Shown: positions 12,691 to 25,416, counted from the first letter of the stretch. The stretch: 64,000 nt of DNA from Eledone cirrhosa (GCA_964016885.1 OZ024740.1:230516001-230580000), one strand, 5' to 3'. A program made the numbers and translations. Notes: generated by a model not told the origin, from the letters alone.

Positions 12691-13196
12691 ATTGTATGTT
12701 TCCCTATGGTACCATTATTTCTTAGTTCAGGCCCTACATTATTAGAAATTTCAGTAGACGTTTGGTTGAAAAGGTTAGCAGATGGATGTACTTGTATATG
12801 TGTGGTTAAGTCCACTACTGCAGAATGATTATTTATAGAAACAGGTGAATGTTCAATTATGGTTTCCTCAGAGTTATGATATAGGAGGTTTTTACTTACA
12901 TTATCAAATTGCCTGGTTGAGTTATTAGTGCCTCTATTATTAGTAGAGATGGAATTCAATGCTGAAACATTATGACATGCATAGGGTCGGACGCCATGCT
13001 TTCCAGCATAGTTACGTCCCTTTACGGTCTGAGTTCAAATCCCGTCGAGGTTAACTTTGCCTTTCATCCTTACCGGGTCTATAAAATAAAGTACCAGTAA
13101 TGAACTGGGTAATTGCTGGCCTTGTACCAAAAGTAGAAACAATTATTAGAAGGAGGATTAATAGAGTTGTCCATAGGTAACAAGTTCCTGTTCATG

Positions 13197-13354
13197 CTAT
13201 ATATGAAGTCTGATAGTAGTATACAGTTATATAACTGCTATAGATCAGTCAATATGTCTATATGATCAACCCTCCGAAATGATCGTAAAACAATAGGAAT
13301 AGGTAAAATAACTCGACTTTGTCATTATTATTTTCATTGTTAAATTAATACCTA
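13197..13354 (-). repeat. Right arm of the ~155-bp inverted repeat (partner 1479-1633)
   Basis: Ends ...TTAAATTAATACCTA followed by ATAT. Confidence 0.9.
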
Positions 13355-13537
13355 ATATCTGACTCTGTATCTAAGGAATTAACTCAGCAGAACACGGAAC
13401 CTTTCTATGGATTTCACTGGATTACTCACCATCAGATTACATTGAGTTCTACCTACGGTACGGACCTTACCACCAAGAGTAGACCACATTGAAAATACAT
13501 ATATATATATATATACATACACACACACACACACACA

Positions 13538-13730
13538 CGAGGGTTGGTTAAAAACTTCATAGGCTGACCAAGATACTCTCATGGAATGACCAAATGAGGT
13601 TTATTTTTCCACATAGTCCCTAGAAAAAAAACAATGCAGTTATTAAGAGTTGAAATTAATACATGCAAGATTTCACAACCTTAGCATCACTCCCTTATAG
13701 CCAGCCTATGAACTTTCCAGCCGAATCTTG
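13538..13730. mobile_element. Tc1/mariner-type MITE
   Basis: Imperfect TIRs CGAGGGTTGGTTAAAAACTTCATAGGCTG / CAGCCTATGAACTTTCCAGCCGAATCTTG|TA. A second copy is at 35179-35376. Confidence 0.7.
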
Positions 13731-14205
13731 TATGTATGTGTGTGTGTGTGTATATAATTACAAATAGGTTTGCTACAGTTTGATGAAGAAACCAAACATC
13801 ACTTATCCATCAATAAAACAATGGGTTATGTCATCATCATCATTATCATAATAATTACTAGTAAAAAAATGGAATGAAATGTACAGCTCATACGTAAGGA
13901 GGTTTCGATGACCTTTACAAAGTTATAGCTTCTTGGGTGTTTTAATATTGTGAAAAGCAACATGAAATGAAGTATTTTGCTCAAGACATGATACTGATTT
14001 AAAATCATGATTTTATGAGTCCAATGTCCTCACCATGAGGCTACATGCCTTCTCAATGGGATTTTCTTCTTTGCCCACTTATTCCTGAGAGGGTTATGGG
14101 AACAGAGTCCTCAACCACTCCTTCCAGGTCTCAATGGGTTATATAATACTAATGAAAAGTAAAAACTTACATAAAATATTTTAGACATGCCTTTACAAGA
14201 TTTGT

Positions 14206-14585
14206 TTATTTGAAATTTAAATGTTTTTTTGTGTTTTTCTTGTTTGGTTTCTGTGTGTTAGTAGTATTTTTCGGAAAATACACAGAAAAATATGAATGTT
14301 TTAATGCATCTTTAGCTTTTAGCCGTGTATCGGGATTCAGGTCTAACATTTTACTCAATAAATCAAATGCCTCGCTGCCTATAGAATCTATAAAGTTTTC
14401 TGAAGTTATACTACTGTGACATAAACTAGAGTTGTTTTGGCTGGTCTTGCTGGAGTTGTTTTGGCCAGCCTTGCTGGGGTTGTTGTGGCTGCTCTTGCTG
14501 TCATCAGAGTCATCAGAACGTAGTTTGGAGCAAAGGTCCTTGAAATTTACAGATGGTATATAGGGTAAACAGAGCAATTCTTTAC
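14206..14585 (-). CDS. CDC7: CDC7 kinase, last (10th) coding exon
   Basis: Acceptor tctttcag. (G)KELLCLP...EAFDLLSKMLDLNPDTRLKAKDALKHSYF is kinase subdomain XI. Stop at 14206-14208. Confidence 0.93.
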
Positions 14586-14689
14586 CTGAAAGACATGGAA
14601 AATGTAATGATAATTATATCTTAAAGAGAACATGGTTATTGAGTGATGGTGGTGATAACATCATTATTATGGTTATTATTATTATGGCT

Positions 14690-15220
14690 AGGGGCGGTGG
14701 ATTAGCAGTATCGGTAGAGGGTCGGACGCCATGCTTTGACACATAGAGTTACAGCCCTTGCCATTCTGAGTTCAAATCCCGCTGAGGTTAACTTTGCTTT
14801 TCATCCTTACGGGGTCGATAAAATAAAGTACCAGTAATACACTGGGTAATTGCTGGCCTTGTGCCAAAAGTAGAAACAATTATTATTATCGTTTGTGGTA
14901 GATTGATAGTATCGGTAAAACATTGGACATGCTTTGCGACATAGAGCTATGCCCCATTACATTCTGAGCTCAAATCCAGCCAAGGTTAGCTTTGCCTTTC
15001 ATCTTTACACAGTCAATAAAATAAAGCACCAGTAATGTACTGGGTCAATTTAATCAACTTTCCCCTCCTCATATATTGTTAGCCTTGTGCCTAAATCAGA
15101 AATCATTATTATTTTGCCTTTCATCCTTTCAGGGTCGATAAAATAAAGTACCAGTAATGCACTGGGTAATTTGCTGGCCTTGTGCCAAAAGTAGAAACAA
15201 TTATTATTATTATTATTATT
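14690..15220 (+). mobile_element. Head-to-tail cluster of three Nin-like SINE copies
   Basis: Three successive GCCTTTCATC...GTACCAGTAAT...GTGCC units, each ending in ATT repeats. Confidence 0.8.
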
Positions 15221-15222
15221 AT

Positions 15223-15541
15223 GGAGGCACATGGCTTAGTGGTTAGAGCATTGGCCTTGCAATCGAAAGGTTGTGAGTTCAATTCTCAGACCGGGTGATG
15301 TGTTGTTTCCTTGAGCAAGACACTTTATTTCACATTGCTCCAGTTTACTCAGCTGTAGAAATGAGATGATAGGGACTGGGGTCCCTATCATTCCACTGCA
15401 AAGTGGTCGTGGAGGTGCCACGTAAAAAAAGCACCCAGCACTCACTGTAAATGAGGTTGGTGTTAGGAAGGGCATCCAGCAGTAGAAATCAAGCCAGAAT
15501 CAGTTCCCGTCCCACTCTTGCAAGCAGGGAAAAGCGGACGT

Positions 15542-15573
<32 letters not shown>
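15223..15573 (+). mobile_element. tRNA-headed SINE (CORE/MESC-like body) with an RTE-derived tail
   Basis: A box TGGCTTAGTGG, B box GAGTTCAATTC, body TCCTTGAGCAAGACACTT. Tail GTTGGTGTTAGGAAGGGCATCCAGC...(GAT)n is shared with the RTE 3' UTR. Confidence 0.85.
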
Positions 15574-15574
<1 letters not shown>

Positions 15575-15724
15575 ATTATTGTTTTTCCTCTTCCTATAGA
15601 TTTGTTTCCATTTCTTGTCTACTGTCTTCCCAACACCCAGGGCAGAGAAACTTACTGCATACATTGATAAGCCACAAAATAAACACACTAGATTGTCAAC
15701 GTCACACAGTTACCAATATATAAC

Positions 15725-16032
15725 CATCATCATCATTTTATGTCCGCTTTTCCTTGCTTGCAAAGGTGGGACGGCAACTGATTCTGGCTTGATTTCTACA
15801 GCTGGATGCCCTTCCTAACACCAACCTCATTTACAGTGAGTGCTGGGTGCTTATTTTCTGTGGCGCCTACACGTCCACTTTACAGGGTGGGCTGGGTGCT
15901 TTTTTTTGCCGTGGCACCTCCACGACCACTTTGCAGTGGAATGATATGGACCCCAGTCCTATCATCTCATTTCTACAGCTGAGTAAACTGGAGCAATGTG
16001 AAATAAAGTGTCTTGCTCAAGGAAACAACACA
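15725..16032 (-). mobile_element. Second copy of the same SINE, inverted and headless
   Basis: Reverse complement of ~15298-15560. Confidence 0.85.
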
Positions 16033-16199
16033 TTTCTCTATTTAAAATCATATTTACAACAGATATTCAATCATATAAGAGTTCTCAATTATTTACAACT
16101 TAGATATTTATGGAATATAATAAAATAAAATAATGTAAAATAAAAAAAAATCATAAATGATTACTATTCTCACAGCAATAGTGTATTTTCATTAGTATT

Positions 16200-17715
16200 A
16201 TTCGTAATACTTTTGTTCTGGCAGATGTTATATCGACACTATACCAAAAGAGTGAGCCATAGCCAATTGCCAAAGGTCCTTTGGGTCATTCCTTCTCCTT
16301 CAACTTTCCACTGTTTTCTGCAACAATCCTGTCCTGGTGGTAATTCCTAGCTTCTCAAGCCATGCATCCAACCTTCTAACTGCTCCCAGTGTACCAACCA
16401 CAATCGGTACCACTTCTACATGGCTAATGGTATTTCTTAACTTTCTCACTATCCTTCCTATTCACTCTGTGGTCCCACGGTGAAGCAATATCCACAGTAC
16501 ATACCTTGTTATTCTTCTTTTCTTTGACAACGTCACATTTTCTAGCCATGATAAGATGGTTGCACTGGACGGTCATGTCCCTTAATATCTTATACTGTTC
16601 ATTTTCAGCCACCCTTTCCTGTTGGTGTTCATACCATTTCATGCTCAGTTCATACTTATGACAGAGCTTCCAATGAACCAATCTGACAATGTTGTGCCTT
16701 CTCTTGTACTCTTTTTGAGCAAGCATTTTACATTCACTAATGGTTTATTGTCTCACCTTTCTCACCACACAGCCTACAAAATGGGGAATGCACTGACTTG
16801 TCAATATTGAACTTGATATAGTTCGTTCTCAGTGCTGTTCCTGGGCTACAATAATACAGGCCTCACTTTCAACTTTTAAGTCACTTTCCTAGTCCATTCC
16901 TAGTTCCTATCTTTGTCAACTGTCTCAGACATATGAATTGGCCATACATTTTTTTCTTCCATCTATTCAATGTGTCATTCTGTCTGTCTTTAAATTCTCC
17001 CTTTTCTTTGGCTTCCTCATTGTTTAGGACCTTTATCTTTCTTACTTCTGCCATCAATGTCTCCTTTCAATTCTTTATTTCCTCAGACTTCACACAAATT
17101 TCACAGCTAATGAGACCTCTGCCACCTCTCTCTCATGATACATACAACCTGTCCACGTCCCTTTTGGGGTGTAGAGCCCCTTGTAGTATCATCATTTTTC
17201 TGATTTTTCTGTCAAGCACCTTAAGTTCATCACATCTCTACTCTATCACACCAGCGCTATGCCTTAGCACTGCAACACCCCATGTGTTGATAGCCAGTAT
17301 CATATTCTTACCACTTAACTTCGTCTTTAACACCAACTTCGGTCTCCATTTATATTCCCTTGATAATAGATCTTTCATTTGGTGTGTTTCCAGGATGCAT
17401 AAGTACTTATATCTGTTGTCATCAATTTCCTTCATAAATTGTCCATCTGGTAATTCAATTCCTTCCATCTTATTAATTCTACTTTGCTTCAGTAGTAGTA
17501 CCACACACATTTTTTACGCTAAATTCCATTCCTATGTCCATATTGATGTATGAACTGTCTATACAAGGGAATCAATATGTTCATAGGATTTCCCATAAAG
17601 TTTTAGGTCATCCATGAACAGCAGTTGGTTCATCTTAAACTTGCATCCTCTCCACTCGTAACTAGACTTTGACCTTCTCAACACTAATGAAAGTGGAACC
17701 ATACACAAACAGAAA
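16200..17715 (-). mobile_element. R4/Dong-like non-LTR retrotransposon, decayed 3' half (RT plus restriction-like endonuclease)
   Basis: MNQLLFMDDLKLYGKS, YKYLCILE, LSGKNMILAINTW, LAQKEYKRRHN..VHWKLC, KWYEHQ, VDIASPWD..EKVKKY. Confidence 0.85.
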
Positions 17716-18543
17716 AAGTGAAAGACTGTTAAGGACATCCAGCAGCCATAAAAACCCAGCCGTAACGAACTCACTCCAGTATGAGCAAGGTATGGTGCAG
17801 CCAATTGGTCAGACATGCTTCATAAGTGGGACCACCCAGTCCTACACTGTAAAAGTGGTCAGTGTTAGGAAAGGCTTCCAGCAGCCATAAAAAACCCAGC
17901 CAAAACAATGTACCGCTATGCGCAAGGTTTGGCATGGCCAACTGGCCAGACCCTCCTCGTATCAGGGCCATACAGTCCTACCCTGTTGCTGTAAGGAAGG
18001 GCATCTAGCAGCTTTAAAACTCAACCAAAACACAGGTGCCACAATGACCAAGGTTCAGTGCGGCCATCAGGCCAGGCTTTCCTCATAAAATGTCCACCCA
18101 GCTCCCAAATGCAGATCCGCCCTGAGCATGGTACAGCACGGCCAACTGGCCAAACCTCTCATAACAGGACCACCCAGTTCCACACTGTGAACATGGTTGA
18201 TGTTAGGAAGGGCATGCAGCTGTAAAAAAACCTGACCAAAATACAGTCCCATTTGAGCGAGATACAGAGCAGTCAACTGGCCAGACTTGTATCGTAACAT
18301 GGATGCTCCACCTGACCCATGCAAACATGGAAAATATATTTCGTTAAACAATGATATATATACATACACACAAGACATACAACAGGTTTCTTATAGCTCC
18401 CATCTACCAATTTCACTCATAATGCAATGGCCAGAAGACATCTACCTAAGGTGTCCCAGTAATATAGAACCCAAAACAACATAGTTGCGAAGTTAGCTTC
18501 TTAACCACAGAGCCAACCTAGTGATAAAATTATTTACAATTTA

Positions 18544-18759
<216 letters not shown>

Positions 18760-18796
18760 TCATAGTAATCTAAGAAATATTAGAAATAATGTTTAA

Positions 18797-19449
18797 CCCT
18801 TTCCTTACCATATTTCTAATAAAAACACTGCCTTTTAGTAATATAACTTTTATTTCCATATTTGACAAAGAAATGTGGCAAGTGGAGAGATGTGTGCTGA
18901 AAAGGATCCATCCAACCCATGCAAGCATGGAAAAAAACGGATGTAAGAACAATGATGATGATGATGATGATTTCTAATGAAAAACGCTGCCTCCTGACAG
19001 AAGGATTTAGTAATATAACTAACTTTCATTTCCATATTTCTAATGAAAAACACTGCCTATTATCTTATAATAATTTTGAAATTAATCAAAATTTTGGTAA
19101 GATTTAGTAATAAGTTGGTGTTTGGAACATAACTTAACCCTTTAGCATTTACATTACTCTATATATACTGTTGTATTTTTGTGGCAAAACCTTTATGTCA
19201 AAGTTATCTCAATATCGAATCTATGAAATTTTGATGCTAAATACTTTAACATCAGTATGAGTGGCTGGTTACAGCCCGTTTGAACAGGTGAGACAATTCT
19301 GGCCGGATATGGCTGGTTTAAATGCTAAAGGGTTAAAGGTTCTTACATAAAATTATGATTAGAAATCTTCAGATAAATATAAACCCTTTAAAATAAACAG
19401 ATTTGTATCTTAGAGCCAGGAGCAGTTTCAGGCAGTGTTGTCAAAAGGG
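18797..19449. mobile_element. piggyBac-type MITE containing a nested second piggyBac MITE (19138-19332)
   Basis: Outer ends TTAA|CCCTTT...AAAGGG|TTGA. Inner ends TTAA|CCCTTTAGCATTTA...TAAATGCTAAAGGG|TTAA. Related copies at ~25180-25394, 47348-47590, 52120-52870 and 55371. Confidence 0.75.
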
Positions 19450-20372
19450 TTGAATTATACACTACTGCTTGTTGAGTGTCATTAGGAAAGCTGCACAATT
19501 ATAGATAGCTTCTAAATATCCCTCCACTATGTCCTGCCAAAGAATTATTATTGTTGTTGTTTTGTTTTAGTCAAGGAGGGAAAGGCAATAGCTATGACCA
19601 TTTTCAAGACTTGTGGGAGGGAGGAAAGGAAGAGCAACAGGAATGACCCTTTTCAAGGACTCTGAGACTGGTGGGAGGCAGAAGGGAGGGGGGGGGATAT
19701 ATATGACCCATTTTAGGGCTTTTTGATAGGTTTAGAATGAATTCAGCCTTCAAGATGGTTGGGAATTGGTAAAAAAATCATTATGCAATGGGGTTATGAA
19801 ACAAAATTTATATTCTAAACAAATATCAAAATATTAAAACTTCATGGAAATTTCAAAACTGCACCATCTAAACATAATGTAGTCATTCCATTTTTGGAAT
19901 GATTTTTACAGTTGGAAACCACTTTACAGAGTGTACTGGGTACATTTTAATATGGCAGCAGCACCAGAGAGATTGTCAAGATCTCAGCAAGCCTAAAGGG
20001 ACCTGGACTAACTAGTAAAAAACAACAACATGCTTCTTACTCGAGTCTATATATTGATTAGAAATTTCTAAAAACCAAGCTGAGAATATTTTTTTTTATC
20101 ATATGTTAAGTTATTTTATTTTACAAAGCTGTTTATACAAAAACAACACACACTATTAAAGGGATGAAGGAAGAGGAAGAGGGACAGACATTACACCCCA
20201 GTTTGAGTGGTATTTTAGCTGCACCCCGCAGACAAATTGACAAAAGCATTACCATGGAACAGCCGCCCCCACCTCACAGGGCTCCCTCCTCAAGGAAACC
20301 AGTTTTTCGGATTTTATGGAGAAAATCAGCAGTATGGGGACCAAGGACACCAGTATAAAGAGGAAGCGGTCA

Positions 20373-20600
<228 letters not shown>

Positions 20601-21662
20601 TCAAATGAGAAATTATAATACTTTATAGAAATATGTGAAGATACATGGTCTAGTGATTAGGGTGTAGAACTTATGATCATAATGTCATGGGTTTGATTCC
20701 TGAACCAGGTGGTATCTTGTGTTCTTGAGCAAAACACTTTATTACATATTGCTCCAGTCACATAAGTCTAGGCTCTAGTCTGTCTCAAGCCAGTGCTTAT
20801 CCTGGTTTTGTGGCATAAAGTGACTGAGTGTACAAGACTAGCTCCCCTGGACAGGACGCCAGTCCATCGTAGGGTTAACTCTCCAGCTATTGCTGGTACT
20901 CATTTTCAGTTGAGTATACTAGAGCAATGTGAAATAAAAACATACCCATGCCTGTAGTCTTCCCACTTGCACACAACATCCAATTTATTCCTTTTACACT
21001 CAGTGTTTTTATCAACCCATTTGTGCTTTGATATTCCTGCTCACTAAAACTTTACATCCAGTAAAGCATGTTCACCCTTTTTTTTTCCAACCTCCACACA
21101 TCATTTAACATGTTTTCCCTCCCAGCAAGGGTTGAATGGGTCTTCTCAGACAAAGTCAGTACTGAAGTGAGGCTACTGACCTTCCAGACAAGCCAGGTGT
21201 CTGCATCTCGCTTACATATGGTTCCACATTCTACCAAGTGCATTTTATCATGGCAACATCACTAGGGAGGTTTTCATGTCTTTGACACAACTGAAGAGTT
21301 CTTCCAACCCTTTGTTTGGTAAGTTTTCTACAGATGGATGCCCTTCATATCACCAAACAGCTTACAGCGTATTCTGGGTATGTTGATTGTGTAGATAACC
21401 AACACTAGGGAGGTTGACATGTCCTTCAAACAACTGAACGCTCCCCACAATCAAACCTTTCTTTGACAAGCTTTCTACAGCTTGATGCCCTTCCTATCAA
21501 CAAATATTATAAAAGAAATCAGGGCTGAACACGTGTATGATAAGGAGGAGAGATGAGTGAGGTGAGAGTACCTGAATAGATGTGGCCATAGATCAGCCAG
21601 GTTTGAGGAGCAGAGGCCAAAGCAAAATATAATAAATGAAAGCTTTTTCCTGTTCAACTTAC

Positions 21663-21886
21663 CTCTCTGAACAAATATAACAGATCATAGGTTTGCCAAA
21701 ACATTTACAAGTGTGAGAAGCTGGGACAGTACTACTGCTTGACGATGCATTCTTGTTGTGGTTAACTTTAGTTACAGTCTGTTTTATGAGCAGCCGTTGT
21801 CGGGGAGAGTGAACTGTAGAGAAAGTGGAATTCTTGGAAGATTTTTGACCATGTTGGTCATTTGACAAAGTACTTTTCCAATCTTG
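21663..21886 (-). CDS. CDC7: CDC7 coding exon 7 (kinase insert 2 with zinc-binding motif)
   Basis: QDWKS...TCKCFGKPMICYICSER contains the CxC..CxxC of Cdc7 KI-2; ttgcag/gtaagt boundaries. Confidence 0.93.
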
Positions 21887-22068
21887 CTGCAAAATAAAAA
21901 CAAAAAAAAGCACTTAAAGTCAGTTTTTATACTGGCACAAAGCCACATCATCATCATTACAACTAACCTTTATTTTTCCATACTTGCATGGGCTAGATGC
22001 ATTGTTGTGTTATGAGATAATTCAGGTCCAGAGACCACGTCTTGCTCATGTGGATCTGTATTTTGGCT

Positions 22069-24900
22069 CCCAACATAGACTGATAATTATCGACCTCATA
22101 GTCAGGACGAGACGTACTAGACAGCAGAAGAGGACTATCCTCAGGAGAAAAATATGGAAGCTAAAGGACCCCATAGCCAGAAATAAATTTCAAAGCATAT
22201 TACTTGATGCTTTCGACAGTAAGGAAGAGCAATTAGAGTCGTATAATATAGAGGAACAGTGGGAATTCCTGAAAGCAAACCTGCTGACGGCGGCAGACGA
22301 AGTCTGTGGCTGGAGCAGGCCTGTAGGTAGGAGGAGAGTAACATGGTGGTGGAACAGTAAGGTGGAGGAGTCAATTAAGGCCAAAAAGCAGGCTTGGAAA
22401 GTATGGCGGGATGGGGGAAGTAGAGAAGACTATCAAGTGGCCAGGAGGGAAGCTAGGAGACAAGTGTACTTCGCAAGAAGGGAAGCAGAGGAAAGAAAGT
22501 TCAAGCATGTTCTACAACGTGAGGACCAAAAAAGGATTGCTAGGCAATGTGTCAAGGAAAACCGTGATATTGTCGGGGAGAAGTGTGTACTTAACGATGA
22601 TGGCATACTTGCCATCACCGACGCTGATAAGAAGGTAGCTTGGAAGTGTCACTACGAAAGGCTTCTAAAGGAGGAGAATAAATGGGAGAAAGACAGTCTC
22701 CCCCACATCGACCCAATAGAGGGACCAGCAGTGTTAGTCGAGGGTAGTACAATAAGTAAGGCAATCAAAGATATGAAGACGGGTAAGGCGGCTGGGCCTT
22801 CGGAAATAGTTGCTGAGATGCTGAAGGCATCTGGTTCGGTGGGACACACCATGGTCACCCGGATGGTTAACCAAGTCGTACTGAATGGGGTTGTTCCGAA
22901 GGACTGGCGTAGCAGCATCATTGTTAACTGCTATAAGGGAAAAGGAGATGCCCTAGATAGGAGTAACTATAGAGGCATTAAATTAATCGACCAGGTCATG
23001 AAGGTCACAGAAAAAGTAATAGCGCAACTAATCAGAGAGAGAATTGATCTAGATGAAATGCAGTACGGGTTTGTGTCAGGCAAAAGTACCACAGACGCTC
23101 TTTTCATTGTACGACAACTACAGGAGAAGTACCTAGCTAAAAGTAAACCCCTATACTTAGCTTTTGTCGACTTGGAGAAAGCCTTCGACAGAGTCCCCCG
23201 TTCCATTATCTGGTGGGCTCTTAGAAAACTAGGTGTTGACGAATGGCTTGTGAGAGCTATACAAGCCATGTATAAAGAAACAGTCAGTAAGGTTAGAATT
23301 AACAACGAATATAGTGAAGAGTTTAGCGTAAAAGTTGGTGTCCATCAGGGCTCTGTTCTTAGCCCCCTACTATTTATTATTGCCCTTCAGGCTATAACAG
23401 AGGAGTTCAAGACCGGCTGCCCATGGGAACTCCTATACGCAGATGATCTAACGCTCATAGCTGAATCAATGACCGAACTAGAGAAGAAATTCCAAACATG
23501 GAAGCACGGCCTAGAATCAAAAGGCCTTAAAATTAACCTGGCTAAGACTAAAGTTCTAGTTTGTAGGAAAGAAAATAAGGCGGCGGTCCCTTCCGGGAAA
23601 TGGCCATGCTCAGTGTGTAGGAAAGGCGTAGGTAGAAACTCCATTTTATGTGCCCAATGCAAAGTATGGGTGCATAAAAGATGTAGTGGGATCACAGGTA
23701 AGCTAACTAAGAACATAGATTTTACATGTGGCCGGTGCTCTGGTGCAATAAGTAGCAGCAAGTGCCCACTAAATACTAGCTCTTTCAGTTGCGCAGAGGG
23801 TTCTATAGAAATAGTGGACAGCTTCCGTTACCTGGGTGACAAAATCAGCAGTGGGGGAGGGTGCTCTGAAAGTACAGTAGCTAGAGTCAGAACTGGATGG
23901 AAAAAGTTCAGAGAGCTTATACCACTATTAGCCGCTAGAGGGTTCTCCCTAAAAATGAAAGGCAGGTTATACGATGCCTGCATACGAACAGCAATGCTGC
24001 ATGGCAGTGAGACCTGGGCATTGTGTGCAGAGGATATACGCAGACTAGAGAGGAACGAAGCTTGCATGCTCCGCTGGATGTGCAATAGTAATATACGTGA
24101 ACGGCAAAGTATAAACGAACTAAGGAAAAAATTAGAAATAAGAGGGATCAGATGTTGTTTACTCGAGAGAAGGCTACGTTGGTACGGTCATGTGATGCGC
24201 ATGAAAGACGACAGCTGTATAACAAAGTGCAGGGCAATAAAGATAGACGGTAGCCACGGAGTAGGCAGACCCAGAAAAACCTGGGACGACATGATAAATT
24301 CCGACCTCACACGCTTACACCTCTCCAAGACAATGTCACTAGACCGAGACCTTTGGCGGTACTCAGTAATAGAGAAGACCCGCCTTACCTAAATACAAAG
24401 TAAAAACCTACTACAGTCAGTAGGCATCTCTATCAAAACACACCCCCCGTCCCACCACCTCCACCCCATCCACACCGCCCCTTTCAATGTAAAGTTATGT
24501 TGGTCCCACAACATCCAGGCCGAAACAAATGAGATCGTGTAGGTGTCACGACAAAAAAAACACACAGTCCACGCTGTAAATGTGGCCGTGTAGGCAACAC
24601 GGTAAAAACCTCCCAGCCCCACACTGTAAATGTGGTTGGTGTTAGGAAGGGCATCCAGCTGTAGAAAACCCGCCAGACAGTCCACGCTGTAATGTGGCCG
24701 TGTAGGCAACACGGTAAAAACCTCCCAGCCCCACACTGTAAATGTGGTTGGTGTTAGGAAGGGCAACCAGCTGTAGAAAATCCGCCAGACAGTCCTATGC
24801 GAGCAAGACAACCACTCTTGCCTCAAGTGGGAAAACCCCCGTCCAAACCCATGCAAGCGTGGAACACGGACGCTAAACCTGATGATGATGATGATGATGA
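22069..24900 (+). mobile_element. Young RTE-clade LINE, 5'-truncated (lacks most of the APE endonuclease), with an uninterrupted RT frame; intronic and antisense to CDC7
   Basis: The ORF to 24392 contains QHRL, TWWWN, NYRGIKL, QYGF, AFVDLEKAFD, GVHQGSVLSP, LLYADD, a Cys-rich finger (WPCSVC..CAQC..WVHKRC..FTCGRC) and FRYLG. The 3' UTR has ~112-bp repeats and a (GAT)n tail. Confidence 0.97.
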
Positions 24901-25416
24901 TTCTGCAGCTGGATGTCCTTCCTAATACATTACAGTTTGAACTGTGTGCTTTTTATCATTGTATCGAAACAACCATTTAACAGGGTGGACTGGGTGCTTT
25001 TTGTTGTATCACCAGCATGATCACCTACCAGTGTGGACTGAGTGCTTTTTAAAGTGGCAGCATCCCAAACATGTTTCCTTTTCATTCATAATATTTCAGC
25101 ATAAAATGTACCCAAAACATATTACTATTAATTTCTGAGTATCTCTGAAATATAGTGCTACAAAACAAATCTGTCTTAACCCTTTAGCATTTAAACTAGC
25201 CATATCCAGCCAGAATTTTCTTACCTCTTTCTGTTCAAACCAACCATAACTGGCCACTCATACTGATGTTAAGGTATTGTTCTCAAAATAAATAACATCA
25301 AAATCTCGTAGATTCAATATTATGTGAGATAATTATGTAAGATAAAGCCACAAAAATATAATAATATATATAGAGTAATGTAAATGTTAAAGAGTTAATG
25401 TATTTTATACACTTAC

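Noticed and set aside
15223-15295. tRNA gene
   Set aside because: A and B boxes are present but there is no cloverleaf, and it continues into a SINE body. The same applies to the other SINE heads.
21984-22068. Start of the 802-aa ORF as a real N-terminus
   Set aside because: It begins at TTG in an older flanking repeat; LINE homology starts near 22069.
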